Shown: positions 1 through 9,633, counted from the stretch's first letter. The stretch: DNA of 32,000 nucleotides from Telmatocola sphagniphila (GCF_018398935.1 NZ_CP074694.1:3960001-3992000); one strand, 5' to 3'. Notes: generated by a model not told the origin, from the sequence alone. A program made the numbers and translations.

Positions 1-507
1 GGTCGCCCAGAAGTCAAAACGTACAAGAGTTTTCTGGCGACCTGGAAGTCGGCGGAGGGAGTCATCCGCGTGGTTCTGGTTAAAGAGAAAAAAGGGTGGA
101 TCGCTTTCTTCTCGACGAATCCGGAGGCGACGGTGGCCCAGATCCTGGAAACCGTGGCCAGCCGCAATGCCATCGAGCAGGTCTTCAAGGACGTCAAGGA
201 AGTTTGGAGAGCCGGTCAGCAGCAATTGCGAAACCTGCACGCCAACATCGGCGCGTTTCACATGAACCTGTGGATGATGACTTTGACCGAACTGTGGGCT
301 TGGGATCAACCGCAAAGGAAGTTGGTGGATCGTTCCGATCGTCCCTGGGATAATCGGCCGCGACGGCCTTCTCATAACGATCGACGCAAGTCGTTGCTAA
401 AGCTGATTTTGCAAGAAGAATTTCGAGCACTTCCGCAAAGCGGGCCCGGAACGCGAAAATACAAAATAGCCGTCAAACGCTTGTTCCAAATGGCCTGCTC
501 CGCTTAG
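1..507 (+). CDS. DDE transposase, C-terminal part (5' end outside window)
   Basis: Frame 1 is open from nt 1 (GRPEVKTYKSF...) into the listed 70..507 ORF. The tail ...RNAIEQVFKDVKEVWRAGQQQLRN... carries the IExxFxxxK glutamate block typical of IS4/IS701-type DDE transposases. The family call rests on motif memory only. Confidence 0.6.
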   Translation, partial: GRPEVKTYKSFLATWKSAEGVIRVVLVKEKKGWIAFFSTNPEATVAQILETVASRNAIEQVFKDVKEVWRAGQQQLRNLHANIGAFHMNLWMMTLTELWAWDQPQRKLVDRSDRPWDNRPRRPSHNDRRKSLLKLILQEEFRALPQSGPGTRKYKIAVKRLFQMACSA

Positions 508-590
508 ATTATCTGGGAAAGTGCAGGTAGTATGATATCGGGCACCAAAATCGATGTGACAATCTCAAATGTTGGGGACTGTGTGCGAAC

Positions 591-3500
591 ATGAATCCCT
601 CTCCTGTGAATTCTGCTTCCTTACTCGAATCGATCGATGAATCCGCACGTCGCGAGTTCGAAGCATCTTGGGCAACTGGCTCGCCCCGCCTGATCGAAGA
701 TTTCATCCCACGGCCTGATGATCCTCGACGATTGGCGACGCTTGAAGAACTCGTCAGTATCGAACTCGAACTTGCTTGGAAGGCATTTCAAAAGTCAAGA
801 GCAGGTCCACAACCCTCTCGTGTCGAGAATTACCTGTCGCGATTCCCTGAATTGAATTCTTTCAATATCGTCTCTCGTCTGCTCAGGCAAGAATTCGATA
901 TACGAAAGAATTATGGGGATCGACCTTCAACCAACGAGTTCCGCGAGCGATTTCCCGAGTTCGCAACTGTTGTAGACAAATTGGAAACCGACGCGACAAA
1001 TGATAATGTCCAAGGTGAAGATAAACCGCCAGTAGTCGACGGGTATGAAGTCCTCAGGGTCTTGGGCAAAGGGGGTATGGGAGTTGTCTACGAGGCTGTC
1101 GAAGGCCGACTCGAGCGCTTAGTGGCTTTAAAAACATCTCGATTAGGATCGGGAAAGAACAACTCAGAAATTCGGATGCGATTCCTGGCTGAAGCACGCG
1201 TTGCCGCTCGGCTTGAGCACCCCGGTGTTGTTCCGGTTCACGAACTAGTGACGCCTTCGTCGGGCGAGCCATTTTACACGATGAAGCTTGTTCGAGGTAA
1301 AAGTCTGGCTGACGCAATTTATGAATTCCATGCCTCGAAACGACCCCCTAGCGAACAGGCCGTCGCCCGCCGACGGTTGATCGAAGCCTTCCTCGCGGTC
1401 ACTCGAACTATGGCATTCGCCCATGAGAAAGGCGTAATTCATCGTGACTTAAAGCCGGCGAATATTGTACTCGGAGAATATGGCGAGACACTAATACTCG
1501 ATTGGGGCTTGGCAAAAGAACTAAGCGAAGTTGGACCAGACGATTCGCATTATTCCGAAGCAAAGATCTCATCCGTCGAATTGACCGCGCGCGGTGTAGT
1601 ACTCGGAACACCTGCTTACATGTCTCCCGAACAGGCGGCAGGCCGAACGGATGAAGTAGATGCTCAAAGCGACGTCTATGCACTCGGAGCTATTCTTTAC
1701 CACATTTTGACGGGCCAACTACCTCATCGTTGTGTAGATGGAAATATCCTGCAATTCATACTGGAGAGCGAACCAGTACGTCCTTCGATAGCAGCGGCGA
1801 ACGTTGCACGTCCATTGGAAGAAATCTGCCTGAAGGCGATGACCAAGCGGCGAGAGGATCGCTATCCGACGGCAAAAGCACTCGCGGACGATGTAGAGCG
1901 ATGTCTAGCGGGAGAGCCAGTCTCGGTTTACAGGGAACGATTGCACGAAAGGTTTGCCAGGTGGTCGCGCCGGAATCGTCTTCTCGTCGCTACCGGCAGT
2001 GTGGCGGTCGTACTCTCCACCTTGGGTATCGTTGTGGGTCTTTACCTGCATTGGCAAGCGGAGCAAGAGCGGCGCGAACAGGAACTCAATTTTCAAATTG
2101 ATCGCAATCGCTTGGCCTACGAATCGGAACGTAAGGAAACGCAAGCTCGAACCGAAAAGCGAGAAGCGATTCTTCGTTCCGCCCAATATGAGCTAGCCCG
2201 CGGTATCGCTGAACTGAAGTCAGATCGCTTTTCCGCTGCTGAACAGGCCTTCCGTAAAGGGTTGGTCGATATAAATTCGATTGAAGATCCGGGCATGCGC
2301 TCGCAGTTAGAACGTTTGCATCGCGAGGCTGGGCACTTAGCTGGATTTTACCGTTATTGGGAACGAGCTGAACGGTTGGCTTTAGTCACTGATGATATTT
2401 CATATCAACCAGGAGACGACACCGTGGTTGCGGCCTGCGAAGCGGGCCTAAAGAACTTGGGTGTCCTGAATGGGCCCGCCGAGTGGTGGAATCATTTGCC
2501 AGATAGTGAACTTCAGGAGAACCAGCGTCACCGTCTACGAGAAGAAACTTGTTCTTCACTCGGCCTCCTGGCAATGTGGCGAACCAAACGCGCCGTTATG
2601 AAGGAATTGACAGGTGCAAAGGAAGCGAGCAAGATCGATTATCGCAATACTATCGAGATACTCGGCCGCATCCAAGCGTTCGTTCGGTCCGATACGCGGC
2701 GTAAATCTGGAGAGCGGGTGTCTCCGGCGGCTGATGGCCTCGAACTCTTCTGTCGGCTCCAATTGGGAGAACCTCCGAATGCATTAAAATTACCGCTCGT
2801 CGGCGACAACGCTACCGACCTCTATTTCCTGGGCGTAACTCATGTATTTCTTGAGTTCTCACGAGGTTATCTAGAATCCGGGCAAACCTTCAGCAAAATT
2901 TTGCCTCTTCTAGGCCGGGGATCCATGGTTGACATCTTGATGTCCCGACTCGGCGATTTTAAAAAATTAAGCGGACTTGATTTCACCACCCCATTAGTCA
3001 CAGCGGAACGACAACTTAGAAACGCAGTTGCGATGGACCCAAGCCACTATCTTTCTCACTACTGGCTCGGCCGTTGCCTTAGGGAAGCTAAGAATTTCTC
3101 GGCGGCAGAGCAAGCATTCAACTCCTGCATTGCACTACGTCCCGATTACGTTCCAGCTTATATCGGCCGCGCGGAAACCCTGATCATCGAATCGAATGAC
3201 ACAAAAAGAGCGAAGCCGCCTCGGCTGGCTCAGGACCTCCTTGAAGGGGCACTGCGCGGAATCGAAAAAGCGCCAGAGTCGGTACGCGCTGATCCGCAAG
3301 TTCGGTGGTTCGAATCGATCTGCTTGGAGAGGCTTGGTCGCGAAGACGAGTCATTGCAAGTTGCGACGGATGCCATGGAAAAGGAAATCGTTCAGCGAAA
3401 TGGAGTCACATCCGGCCTGCCCTCTATCGCGAAGTGGGCGTTGAAATATATGGAAGAAGAAGCGAAACTTAATCCTAACAACTTGGAGATTCAGGCTTGC

Positions 3501-3950
3501 CACGGAGTAGCTCTGCTGGGAAGTAAGCACTTTAAAGCTGCAAGAGATGTAGTGGATAAAGTTTTGATGAAAGATCAAAGGCAGTCTCGAGCCCTCGTAG
3601 TTCGCGGGATGTTACGGCTTGAATCAGGCGAGGCTCAAGGAGCACTGCAGGATTTTGACGCTGTACTTAATTTGTCTCCACGTCAGCAGGCGGCACTGGC
3701 AGGTCGAGCGTGGACGTTAGAGCAACTCGGCGACTGGGAAGCAGCTCTTAAAGCTCACTCCGCGCAGTTGCCGGAAGGCTTTGTCGGCAAGGGACCCCAA
3801 CATTTACAACCTTATCTCGGCCAAGCCAGAGCTTACCAGAAACTCGGCCGCTCCGAGGATGCCCGCAAAGCACTAGAAGCGGCACAGGAGATCGACCCGG
3901 TAGCAGCTGAAAATCTCAGTACCAAACTATTCCCACCAACAAGTCCATAA
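591..3950 (+). CDS. Ser/Thr protein kinase with one TM helix and C-terminal TPR-like repeats
   Basis: Hanks kinase motifs are present: G-loop LGKGGMGVV (nt 1062-1088), VALK, HRDLKPAN (nt 1440-1463), DWGLAK, GTPAYMSPEQ. A hydrophobic stretch LLVATGSVAVVLSTLGIVVGLYL follows the kinase domain. The C-terminal half has repeated TPR-like patterns (e.g. YWLGRCLREAKNFSAAEQAFNSCIALRPDY). Confidence 0.9.
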   Translation: MNPSPVNSASLLESIDESARREFEASWATGSPRLIEDFIPRPDDPRRLATLEELVSIELELAWKAFQKSRAGPQPSRVENYLSRFPELNSFNIVSRLLRQEFDIRKNYGDRPSTNEFRERFPEFATVVDKLETDATNDNVQGEDKPPVVDGYEVLRVLGKGGMGVVYEAVEGRLERLVALKTSRLGSGKNNSEIRMRFLAEARVAARLEHPGVVPVHELVTPSSGEPFYTMKLVRGKSLADAIYEFHASKRPPSEQAVARRRLIEAFLAVTRTMAFAHEKGVIHRDLKPANIVLGEYGETLILDWGLAKELSEVGPDDSHYSEAKISSVELTARGVVLGTPAYMSPEQAAGRTDEVDAQSDVYALGAILYHILTGQLPHRCVDGNILQFILESEPVRPSIAAANVARPLEEICLKAMTKRREDRYPTAKALADDVERCLAGEPVSVYRERLHERFARWSRRNRLLVATGSVAVVLSTLGIVVGLYLHWQAEQERREQELNFQIDRNRLAYESERKETQARTEKREAILRSAQYELARGIAELKSDRFSAAEQAFRKGLVDINSIEDPGMRSQLERLHREAGHLAGFYRYWERAERLALVTDDISYQPGDDTVVAACEAGLKNLGVLNGPAEWWNHLPDSELQENQRHRLREETCSSLGLLAMWRTKRAVMKELTGAKEASKIDYRNTIEILGRIQAFVRSDTRRKSGERVSPAADGLELFCRLQLGEPPNALKLPLVGDNATDLYFLGVTHVFLEFSRGYLESGQTFSKILPLLGRGSMVDILMSRLGDFKKLSGLDFTTPLVTAERQLRNAVAMDPSHYLSHYWLGRCLREAKNFSAAEQAFNSCIALRPDYVPAYIGRAETLIIESNDTKRAKPPRLAQDLLEGALRGIEKAPESVRADPQVRWFESICLERLGREDESLQVATDAMEKEIVQRNGVTSGLPSIAKWALKYMEEEAKLNPNNLEIQACHGVALLGSKHFKAARDVVDKVLMKDQRQSRALVVRGMLRLESGEAQGALQDFDAVLNLSPRQQAALAGRAWTLEQLGDWEAALKAHSAQLPEGFVGKGPQHLQPYLGQARAYQKLGRSEDARKALEAAQEIDPVAAENLSTKLFPPTSP

Positions 3951-4088
3951 TAGTGTGTAGTAGCGGTTTAAATTCGTCGATCACTCAGGTCCAGGAGACA
4001 TAACGCGCTCTAATCTGCAATTGTTGATGATCGACAATCTCACAGCGGTCAAAAAATAAAGCCTGGAATGGAATCTGAAAAACTTGGA

Positions 4089-4113
4089 ACTGCCCACATT
4101 GAGGTATGGCAGT
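4089..4113 (-). terminator. Hairpin plus T-run downstream (minus strand) of the tRNA-like core
   Basis: ACTGCC-N13-GGCAGT stem at 4089-4113, followed on the minus strand by TCCAAGTTTTT (4077-4088). The spacer before the T-run is longer than ideal, so this is weak. Confidence 0.3.
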
Positions 4114-4133
4114 TTACCCGACTAGGATTCGAA
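4114..4133 (-). repeat. tRNA 3'-end-like 20-nt core, copy A (att-like)
   Basis: Reverse complement reads TTCGAATCCTAGTCGGGTAA, which is T-loop TTCGAAT + 5-nt T-stem strand + 7-nt acceptor strand + 1 base. It is an exact inverted match to 26857-26876. No tRNA body lies upstream of it. Confidence 0.6.
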
Positions 4134-4439
4134 TGTAGTTTCGACCTCGTTGGGGCCGCCTTGCAGCGGCGTCGTTTTGACGCATTTTTCCGGGGAAATC
4201 ACGGGTTTTCGTAGTTCCTTGGGTAGCTTTAATAGTTGTATAGCGTTTGACTCGGAATGGCAATCTTGCCCCCTTTTTCGTAATCATCGAAGCGGGTCAA
4301 GAGGTTGTTATTCGACACTGAGGGCGTGAAGCCCGTTTTCGCACCGGCCTCGAACACCGCCAAGCGAGCATACATGATTCCCCAGACAGATTTCGAAAGC
4401 GCAAATGCAACACTATTTGGGGGGTTTTGTTAGGGGTTT

Positions 4440-4862
4440 TTAGTCAATCACGTCTTTATTTGTTTCACTTCTTCCAAGAATCCACCCCCCGCTGAAGTAG
4501 TTGACACCATTTAACAAGAGTAATTTTTTTGCGATTTGGCGTGTTATTAATAGATTATAATATTGATTTGATTTTATATTAAGTAGATAAAGTGGAAATC
4601 TCCAACAATTTAATATTGGATATGATATTCCAATTCTTAATAAGAGAATGCTTGTGGTATCGACTGTTGGCTGAAATGATATTCCTACTATTCGATCAGT
4701 TGAAACAAAGCATTTGTATTCTATTTCAGAATTGCATTTAATAATTCTGCCGAATTCTAATGCCGGAATAGTATCAATAAATTCTTCTTGAATTGTTTTG
4801 ATTACAGAAATTAAATAATCCCTCTGAATTTTTAATATTAAAGCTTCTGCCATTAAACTCAC
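4440..4862 (-). CDS. Hypothetical protein (very AT-rich orphan ORF)
   Basis: 140-codon ORF in a segment (about 4440-4900) visibly much more AT-rich than its flanks. No motif recognised. Coding status is supported only by ORF length in AT-rich, stop-prone sequence. Confidence 0.4.
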   Translation of the reverse strand: MSLMAEALILKIQRDYLISVIKTIQEEFIDTIPALEFGRIIKCNSEIEYKCFVSTDRIVGISFQPTVDTTSILLLRIGISYPILNCWRFPLYLLNIKSNQYYNLLITRQIAKKLLLLNGVNYFSGGWILGRSETNKDVID

Positions 4863-4914
4863 CTGGTAAATTTAAATAACAATATAAATGAGGCTCTGGC
4901 ACTAGTGTATCGTC

Positions 4915-5433
4915 TCACACAGAAGATGTTTTATCCAAGGTAGCCCTCGCCCGGCGGACTTTCTCCAGAATAGCCTCGGCTTTGGCAGTCCATTGGAATC
5001 CTTTTCCCGTGTTGTTGTGATGATCGATGTAGCCTTCAATTGCCTCGAACAACTGCGGCACACTTCGAAATATCCCTCGACGCAGTCGTTTGTCCGTTAA
5101 GTCGTGAAACCAGCGTTCCACCAGGTTCATCCAGGAACTGCTCGTGGGGATGAAATGCATGTGGAATCGAGGATGTCGGGCGAGCCAACGCTGAACTTTG
5201 GGATGCTTATGCGTCGCGTAGTTGTCCACGATCAAATGCAAGTCCAAGGCCGGATCGGTGGCGGCCTTGATCCGTTTGAGAAACTTGATCCATTCCTGGT
5301 GTCGATGTCGCGGCATGCATTCGCCAATTACTACTCCCTTGGCCACGTTCAGGGCCGCGAACAGAGTGGTGCCATGACGCGTGTAATCGTGAGTCAGAGT
5401 GCCGCAACGGCCGGGTATGATATCGTCCCGCAT
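4915..5433 (-). pseudogene. IS630-family transposase, 5'-truncated (C-terminal DDE half only)
   Basis: [11 protein letters not shown]...[20 protein letters not shown]...[17 protein letters not shown] matches the second D and the E region of IS630/Tc1-like transposases. The N-terminal HTH half and the first D are absent. The frame is closed at 5434-5436 by the stop codon of the upstream gene. Confidence 0.85.
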
Positions 5434-6201
5434 CTAACAGATATTGGCGATGGCCGCTTTTACATGATCGGCGAGTTTGTCCAAATACTGTTCCATGCCT
5501 TGCCGAGTAGTTGCCGGGTTTGTGCCTGCAATCTCATGTCCGACTTCATTCCGAAGTCGGGTGTAGATCGTCTCGTTCCGATTGAGATGAGAATTGAAGA
5601 TTTGTTGAACTCCCGGTTCTTGCCCAATAATGAAGTCATCCACATACTTCTGCGTGTATTTCGATCCACCCTCCAGTGAAAGGAGTATTTTGTACAGATG
5701 CATGAATCTTGCTACAGGATCTTCTTGGCAGATAATCCATCGGAATTGCGCATAGTAAGTGTCTTTCTTCGGATCGGATGCTCCAATGGCGATTTTTAAT
5801 CGCGGCACGTCAGCAACATTTATCGTGTGCGTAAAGCATCCACTACCTGAGAAATGGATTGTATTAGAGAAGGATCTATGGACAGTTTCTCCAGCGACTT
5901 GGACTTCGAAGCTACTATCACCTTTCACAGCATTCTCTGCAGCTATCTTGAATTCAAACGCGAGTCGATTAGCGACTTGTGTCGCGATCAATCGACCAAT
6001 GCTATCCGCATCTTCAACGGATGCGACTTGCTTGAAACAGACTTTGACGAGAATTTGTTTTTCATTAGGCGAACTGATCTCTACTCGAGCTACAAATGGA
6101 AACTCTTTTGTCGTCAAGTCGAAAGGAGTGAGTGTAAGAAAGTAATAGCCAGTTATTTTGATTTTATAGAATTGGTAGCCGGTAAGCATGAGTCCGCTCA
6201 T
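5434..6201 (-). CDS. Hypothetical protein with C-terminal HEPN-like RNxxxH motif
   Basis: 255-aa ORF with a beta-rich N-terminal half. The helical C-terminal half carries TRLRNEVGH (R217-N-E-V-G-H222, nt 5536-5553), which fits the HEPN R-N-x-x-x-H signature. The fold assignment is unverified. Confidence 0.55.
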   Translation of the reverse strand: MSGLMLTGYQFYKIKITGYYFLTLTPFDLTTKEFPFVARVEISSPNEKQILVKVCFKQVASVEDADSIGRLIATQVANRLAFEFKIAAENAVKGDSSFEVQVAGETVHRSFSNTIHFSGSGCFTHTINVADVPRLKIAIGASDPKKDTYYAQFRWIICQEDPVARFMHLYKILLSLEGGSKYTQKYVDDFIIGQEPGVQQIFNSHLNRNETIYTRLRNEVGHEIAGTNPATTRQGMEQYLDKLADHVKAAIANIC

Positions 6202-6938
6202 TTTTCCTGAGACCAGGGTATCGTTAAGTATTCAAATCACTTGAATACCCATCGCACCCAACTGTTTAACAATTCCCGTGTTGTTTCCACGCCATCGAAA
6301 CAGCGCACAACTTACTCAGAAATTGATGGCCCCATCTTGAAGATTAGTTCCGAAGCGTATTGCATGACCATAGCGACACGTTCATTGCCTCAATTTCTGG
6401 CCATCGACTGCATTCGTCGTCTGAAGTCTTGAAAGCAAGGTGTTGGAGGCATTGACATAAGCACATTATAGCACTGATAAAATCGCTGCACAATAGACTG
6501 TGTGCGTGTCTCAGCGATTTTCGATACGGGCTGAATAAAGCAGCCAAGTCAAAGCAAAAATGCACAATTTTTCGTTAGCGGATAGGCGCGTCTCGCGAAA
6601 ATTACACCCCCCCCGGTTGCATCCCAGATTAGCACCGTTTTTTGAAGTATTTCCCGGATCGGCTCTCTACTTTCCGCAATTGCATCCCTCCTTCTACTCG
6701 CGCCATAGCGGGCTCATTCGGCCTCCGACACGTCCAATGAAGGACGGAACCTTACGCGCGCACCACTGAGATGATAAAAGCAGCGGCGCGAACAGTTACG
6801 ATTACGATTTGCTGCCGCTTGGGTTTCACTTTTGGAGATTCGGCATCCAGGCCAAACTGCCGTTCCAGCTAATAAGTAAGACAGTTTCGGGTTGGTAATT
6901 GGACCTATTAACAATTTTACAAATGCACAGAAATGAAA

Positions 6939-7640
6939 CTATTCTGGAGGCGTGACAATCGCTTGAAAACGAGTTACTTGCCAATCTAGCTCCTCTTTCA
7001 TTAGCTCACCTTTGGCATGACGGGCAAATTTCGCAGCCTCGCGTGCCGCCGAAGCACCGGTGACATGGCCTCTTGAAGCTTCGGCCGCTGACTTTGCTGC
7101 CCTACCCGCAACTACGGATGCCAGTCCTAATGTCAAAGATGCTTCTTCCGCTCGACTGCAAGCGGCTTCCGACTCATTCTGCGCGTCGTCGTTCTGAGCG
7201 GCATCTGTAAATTCTCGCGCCGTAGCGATCGTTGCCATTATTACGTCCTTTTGTTGGCCCGGAGGGATGATGTCCAATACGTGTGCTGCACAATCCAATG
7301 CAAATCGCCGAGCAGTATCATCTGTCCAGGTACCGGCATAAAGTTGCCGCACGAGTCGTACCCTCTTTGCAACCGTGTATCCATCCCGTTGCAGAAAAGG
7401 AGCATTTGCATCGAACTCCACCTCGAATAGAGCGTCTCCAAGCCACTGAACCATTTCACACATATCTAGGCAGAGAAAAATGCCTTTATCCGAATTCTTC
7501 GCATTGACGTTTATTGAGAGATCGCCCTCGACTTCAGCCCAATCGCCGGGTAGATCATTGATCGGCAACTTGCCAACAAAGGCATTATTGACGCCGAAGC
7601 CAGAAGAACCATCACGGTTTAACGTCTTGAAAAATGGCAT
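6939..7640 (-). CDS. Hypothetical protein (beta-rich N-terminal module + Ala-rich helical C-terminal module)
   Basis: 233-aa ORF lying 65 nt downstream of, and co-oriented with, the 528-aa gene. The N-terminal part ends ...GDALFEVEFD. The C-terminal part (ARRFALDCAAHVLD...AAKSAAEASRGHVTGASAAREAAKFARHA) recalls Imm5-type helical immunity-like proteins, from memory only. Confidence 0.55.
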   Translation of the reverse strand: MPFFKTLNRDGSSGFGVNNAFVGKLPINDLPGDWAEVEGDLSINVNAKNSDKGIFLCLDMCEMVQWLGDALFEVEFDANAPFLQRDGYTVAKRVRLVRQLYAGTWTDDTARRFALDCAAHVLDIIPPGQQKDVIMATIATAREFTDAAQNDDAQNESEAACSRAEEASLTLGLASVVAGRAAKSAAEASRGHVTGASAAREAAKFARHAKGELMKEELDWQVTRFQAIVTPPE

Positions 7641-7705
7641 CGGATTTCCTCGGATGAATAAATAAATCTCAATAAATTGGATTAATCCCCGCAGTATTCC
7701 TGCAA

Positions 7706-9292
7706 TTATTGGTTCACCTCAAGATCACCCCATTCTTGACCGCCCTTGGCGATTACTGAGAGTAATGCATTTGAACGTTTACGCATATCGCTGGGAATTC
7801 GAGCAAGGATCTCATCTGGACCGAGAATATCTGCTTGAATATTGTCCTTAAGAGCAAGTTCTTTTAATTTTGCTTTTGCGTCTTCCCCTATAGCACCGCT
7901 AGTCCAAATCTCTGCGTAGCATCTGCCGATAGCTTTGTTTTCTTTCTTCGTCCACCATTTGCGACAAGAGGGTACGGTCTCAACGAAGAACTTGGTCACT
8001 TCGGAAGGACTCAACTCTTTATGCTCGTGGTAGGCCTTGCATTCTACCATAATAAGATCATCTCCCTTTTTTCCAAAGACATCAACATCCCGCTTACGCT
8101 CTTCCCGAAAGGGTACATCTTGGCCAAGTACGATGCCTTCCCAACCTTCTGAACGTAATACAAGCCCTGCGAGAACTTCGAATCCTATGGAGCAGAGATC
8201 CATCACAACAGGATTCGACTTTAGATTTTCCAATGCGCCTAGGAACTGCTTGAATTCATTTTCAAGAGATTTCTGTTGGCCACTAACTCTTAAATCACCG
8301 AGAATTTGTTCGACCATAACCATTGCATTCAGAGCTTCGTCACCGAACATTTGGGTGAAATTAACTGTAACCAACCCCTTATTTTTTGCTTCGTCCCAAG
8401 CATTCTTATCGAATTGACGAGCACCAATGATACCTAGATATGGCTGTCGCCTTCTCCCCCAGTTGGTCGCATTGTTTGCTCGAGTTAGAAATGATTGAAC
8501 GGCGGACAATGAGCATCGATCCGCATAAACGTCAATCAATACAGGGCAGGGAATTCGTTTTTTTGCTTCGTTGACACGTACAAGCGGAGCAAGCCAGCTA
8601 AAGCCGTATGCGGTGAAGATTTGACCACTGTAATCGACATATCCTTTCGATTGCGAGGGCAACTCGTTGCCGTTCCATGAAACTAAGCTTTGCCGCTTAA
8701 GCCGGATTGTTAATATACGCGCAAGAAGGCTCTCCTTCCGGAGTGTTAGCAGTGATCTAATCGCTAGCTCGTCATAACTACTTTGGCTTTCCCAAGAATT
8801 CTCTGTAACAAGGTATTCGAATTCCGTGCCTTTCCCTCCTACCTTCACCCCCAATTCTGCTAAAGCTGTAACTTCTTCATCGAAAGAGGGTGAATGGGGA
8901 TTGGTCGAGACCGTTGCGGCCACGAGTCGATGCGCATGCGTTCGGTGAAGGACAGTATAACGTTCCAGTGCCTCCAGACAACGTGCAAGTCCTGGTCTTA
9001 ATTCACGTAGACACTCTGCGGCTTGACGGCAAAAGCCCGGTGTACCTACGAATGAAGATCTCGCAAAAAGTCGTTCCCCATGGGGGAGTTGCAAGTGTCC
9101 AGATCTCCAGAGCTTCGGGTCGCGAGTAGATGCTCGACTGATAGACTTTTTAGCGGCATCTCTCCCCATCCCACGCTCAGCCATTCGTTTGAGCAATTCG
9201 GAAGAAGTGATGAGTTCGCATTGGCCAATCAAATCGGATGGCTTGAACTTTTGCGGAACTGCGGCAACCATGATTTCCCCCAAGAAAGTCAC
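7706..9292 (-). CDS. Protein with tandem Mrr-like restriction-endonuclease-fold (PD-(D/E)xK) domains
   Basis: The C-terminal domain (aa about 368-495) reads FEVLAGLVLRSEGW...RDVDVFGKKGDDLIMVECKAY (E417-C-K419 at nt 8036-8044), followed by ...EIWTSGAIGEDAKAKL...ADILGPDEIL. This is the Mrr_cat-like layout. The middle domain (aa about 215-315: VLIDVYADR...GIIGARQFDKNAWDEAKNKGLVTVNF) has the same layout but lacks E-x-K. The N-terminal 130 aa or so are unassigned. Confidence 0.7.
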   Translation of the reverse strand: MTFLGEIMVAAVPQKFKPSDLIGQCELITSSELLKRMAERGMGRDAAKKSISRASTRDPKLWRSGHLQLPHGERLFARSSFVGTPGFCRQAAECLRELRPGLARCLEALERYTVLHRTHAHRLVAATVSTNPHSPSFDEEVTALAELGVKVGGKGTEFEYLVTENSWESQSSYDELAIRSLLTLRKESLLARILTIRLKRQSLVSWNGNELPSQSKGYVDYSGQIFTAYGFSWLAPLVRVNEAKKRIPCPVLIDVYADRCSLSAVQSFLTRANNATNWGRRRQPYLGIIGARQFDKNAWDEAKNKGLVTVNFTQMFGDEALNAMVMVEQILGDLRVSGQQKSLENEFKQFLGALENLKSNPVVMDLCSIGFEVLAGLVLRSEGWEGIVLGQDVPFREERKRDVDVFGKKGDDLIMVECKAYHEHKELSPSEVTKFFVETVPSCRKWWTKKENKAIGRCYAEIWTSGAIGEDAKAKLKELALKDNIQADILGPDEILARIPSDMRKRSNALLSVIAKGGQEWGDLEVNQ

Positions 9293-9633
9293 GCTGCCCT
9301 TAGTATACTAATTCTTAATGCAAAGCCTTTTTGCATCCCCAAGTACGAATCGATGTAAGTTGTTACTTGATTATGACTTATGACGAGTACTTTTCTTTGC
9401 AATTAAGGCCAAAATGCCAAAAAACCGTCACTCTGCGATAAAATCGAATACGATCTTTGTATTTTCCTATCAGTCGGTATGGGACATAGTACTCTGATTA
9501 GTCTGCGTTACCAGCTTCTCAAATCCGTCAGCAAAAATGCGTCGGGGAGTAATGCGAGGTCTGTGTCAAATTGCAACGTCTCGAACCCCTTCTTCTCCCG
9601 AAACCTCTGGTAACATAATGAACGAGCATTATC

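Noticed and set aside
1054-3578. Numerous 60-125-codon ORFs on both strands inside the kinase gene
   Set aside because: All overlap the 1119-aa frame, which carries complete kinase motifs. They are off-frame artefacts.
5104-5679. A 191-codon + strand ORF crossing the junction between the IS630 fragment and the HEPN-like gene
   Set aside because: It is antisense to two unrelated coding segments that each have protein-like sequence or motifs on the minus strand, and it has no motif of its own.
6202-6938. A 737-bp ORF-poor spacer with the direct 9-mer repeat TTGCATCCC (6617-6625, 6680-6688) and small hairpins, considered as a possible ncRNA or operator
   Set aside because: One 9-mer repeat is about what chance predicts in a region this size, the hairpins are only 5 bp, and no convincing structure or promoter consensus could be built by eye. 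It remains simply a long intergenic region.
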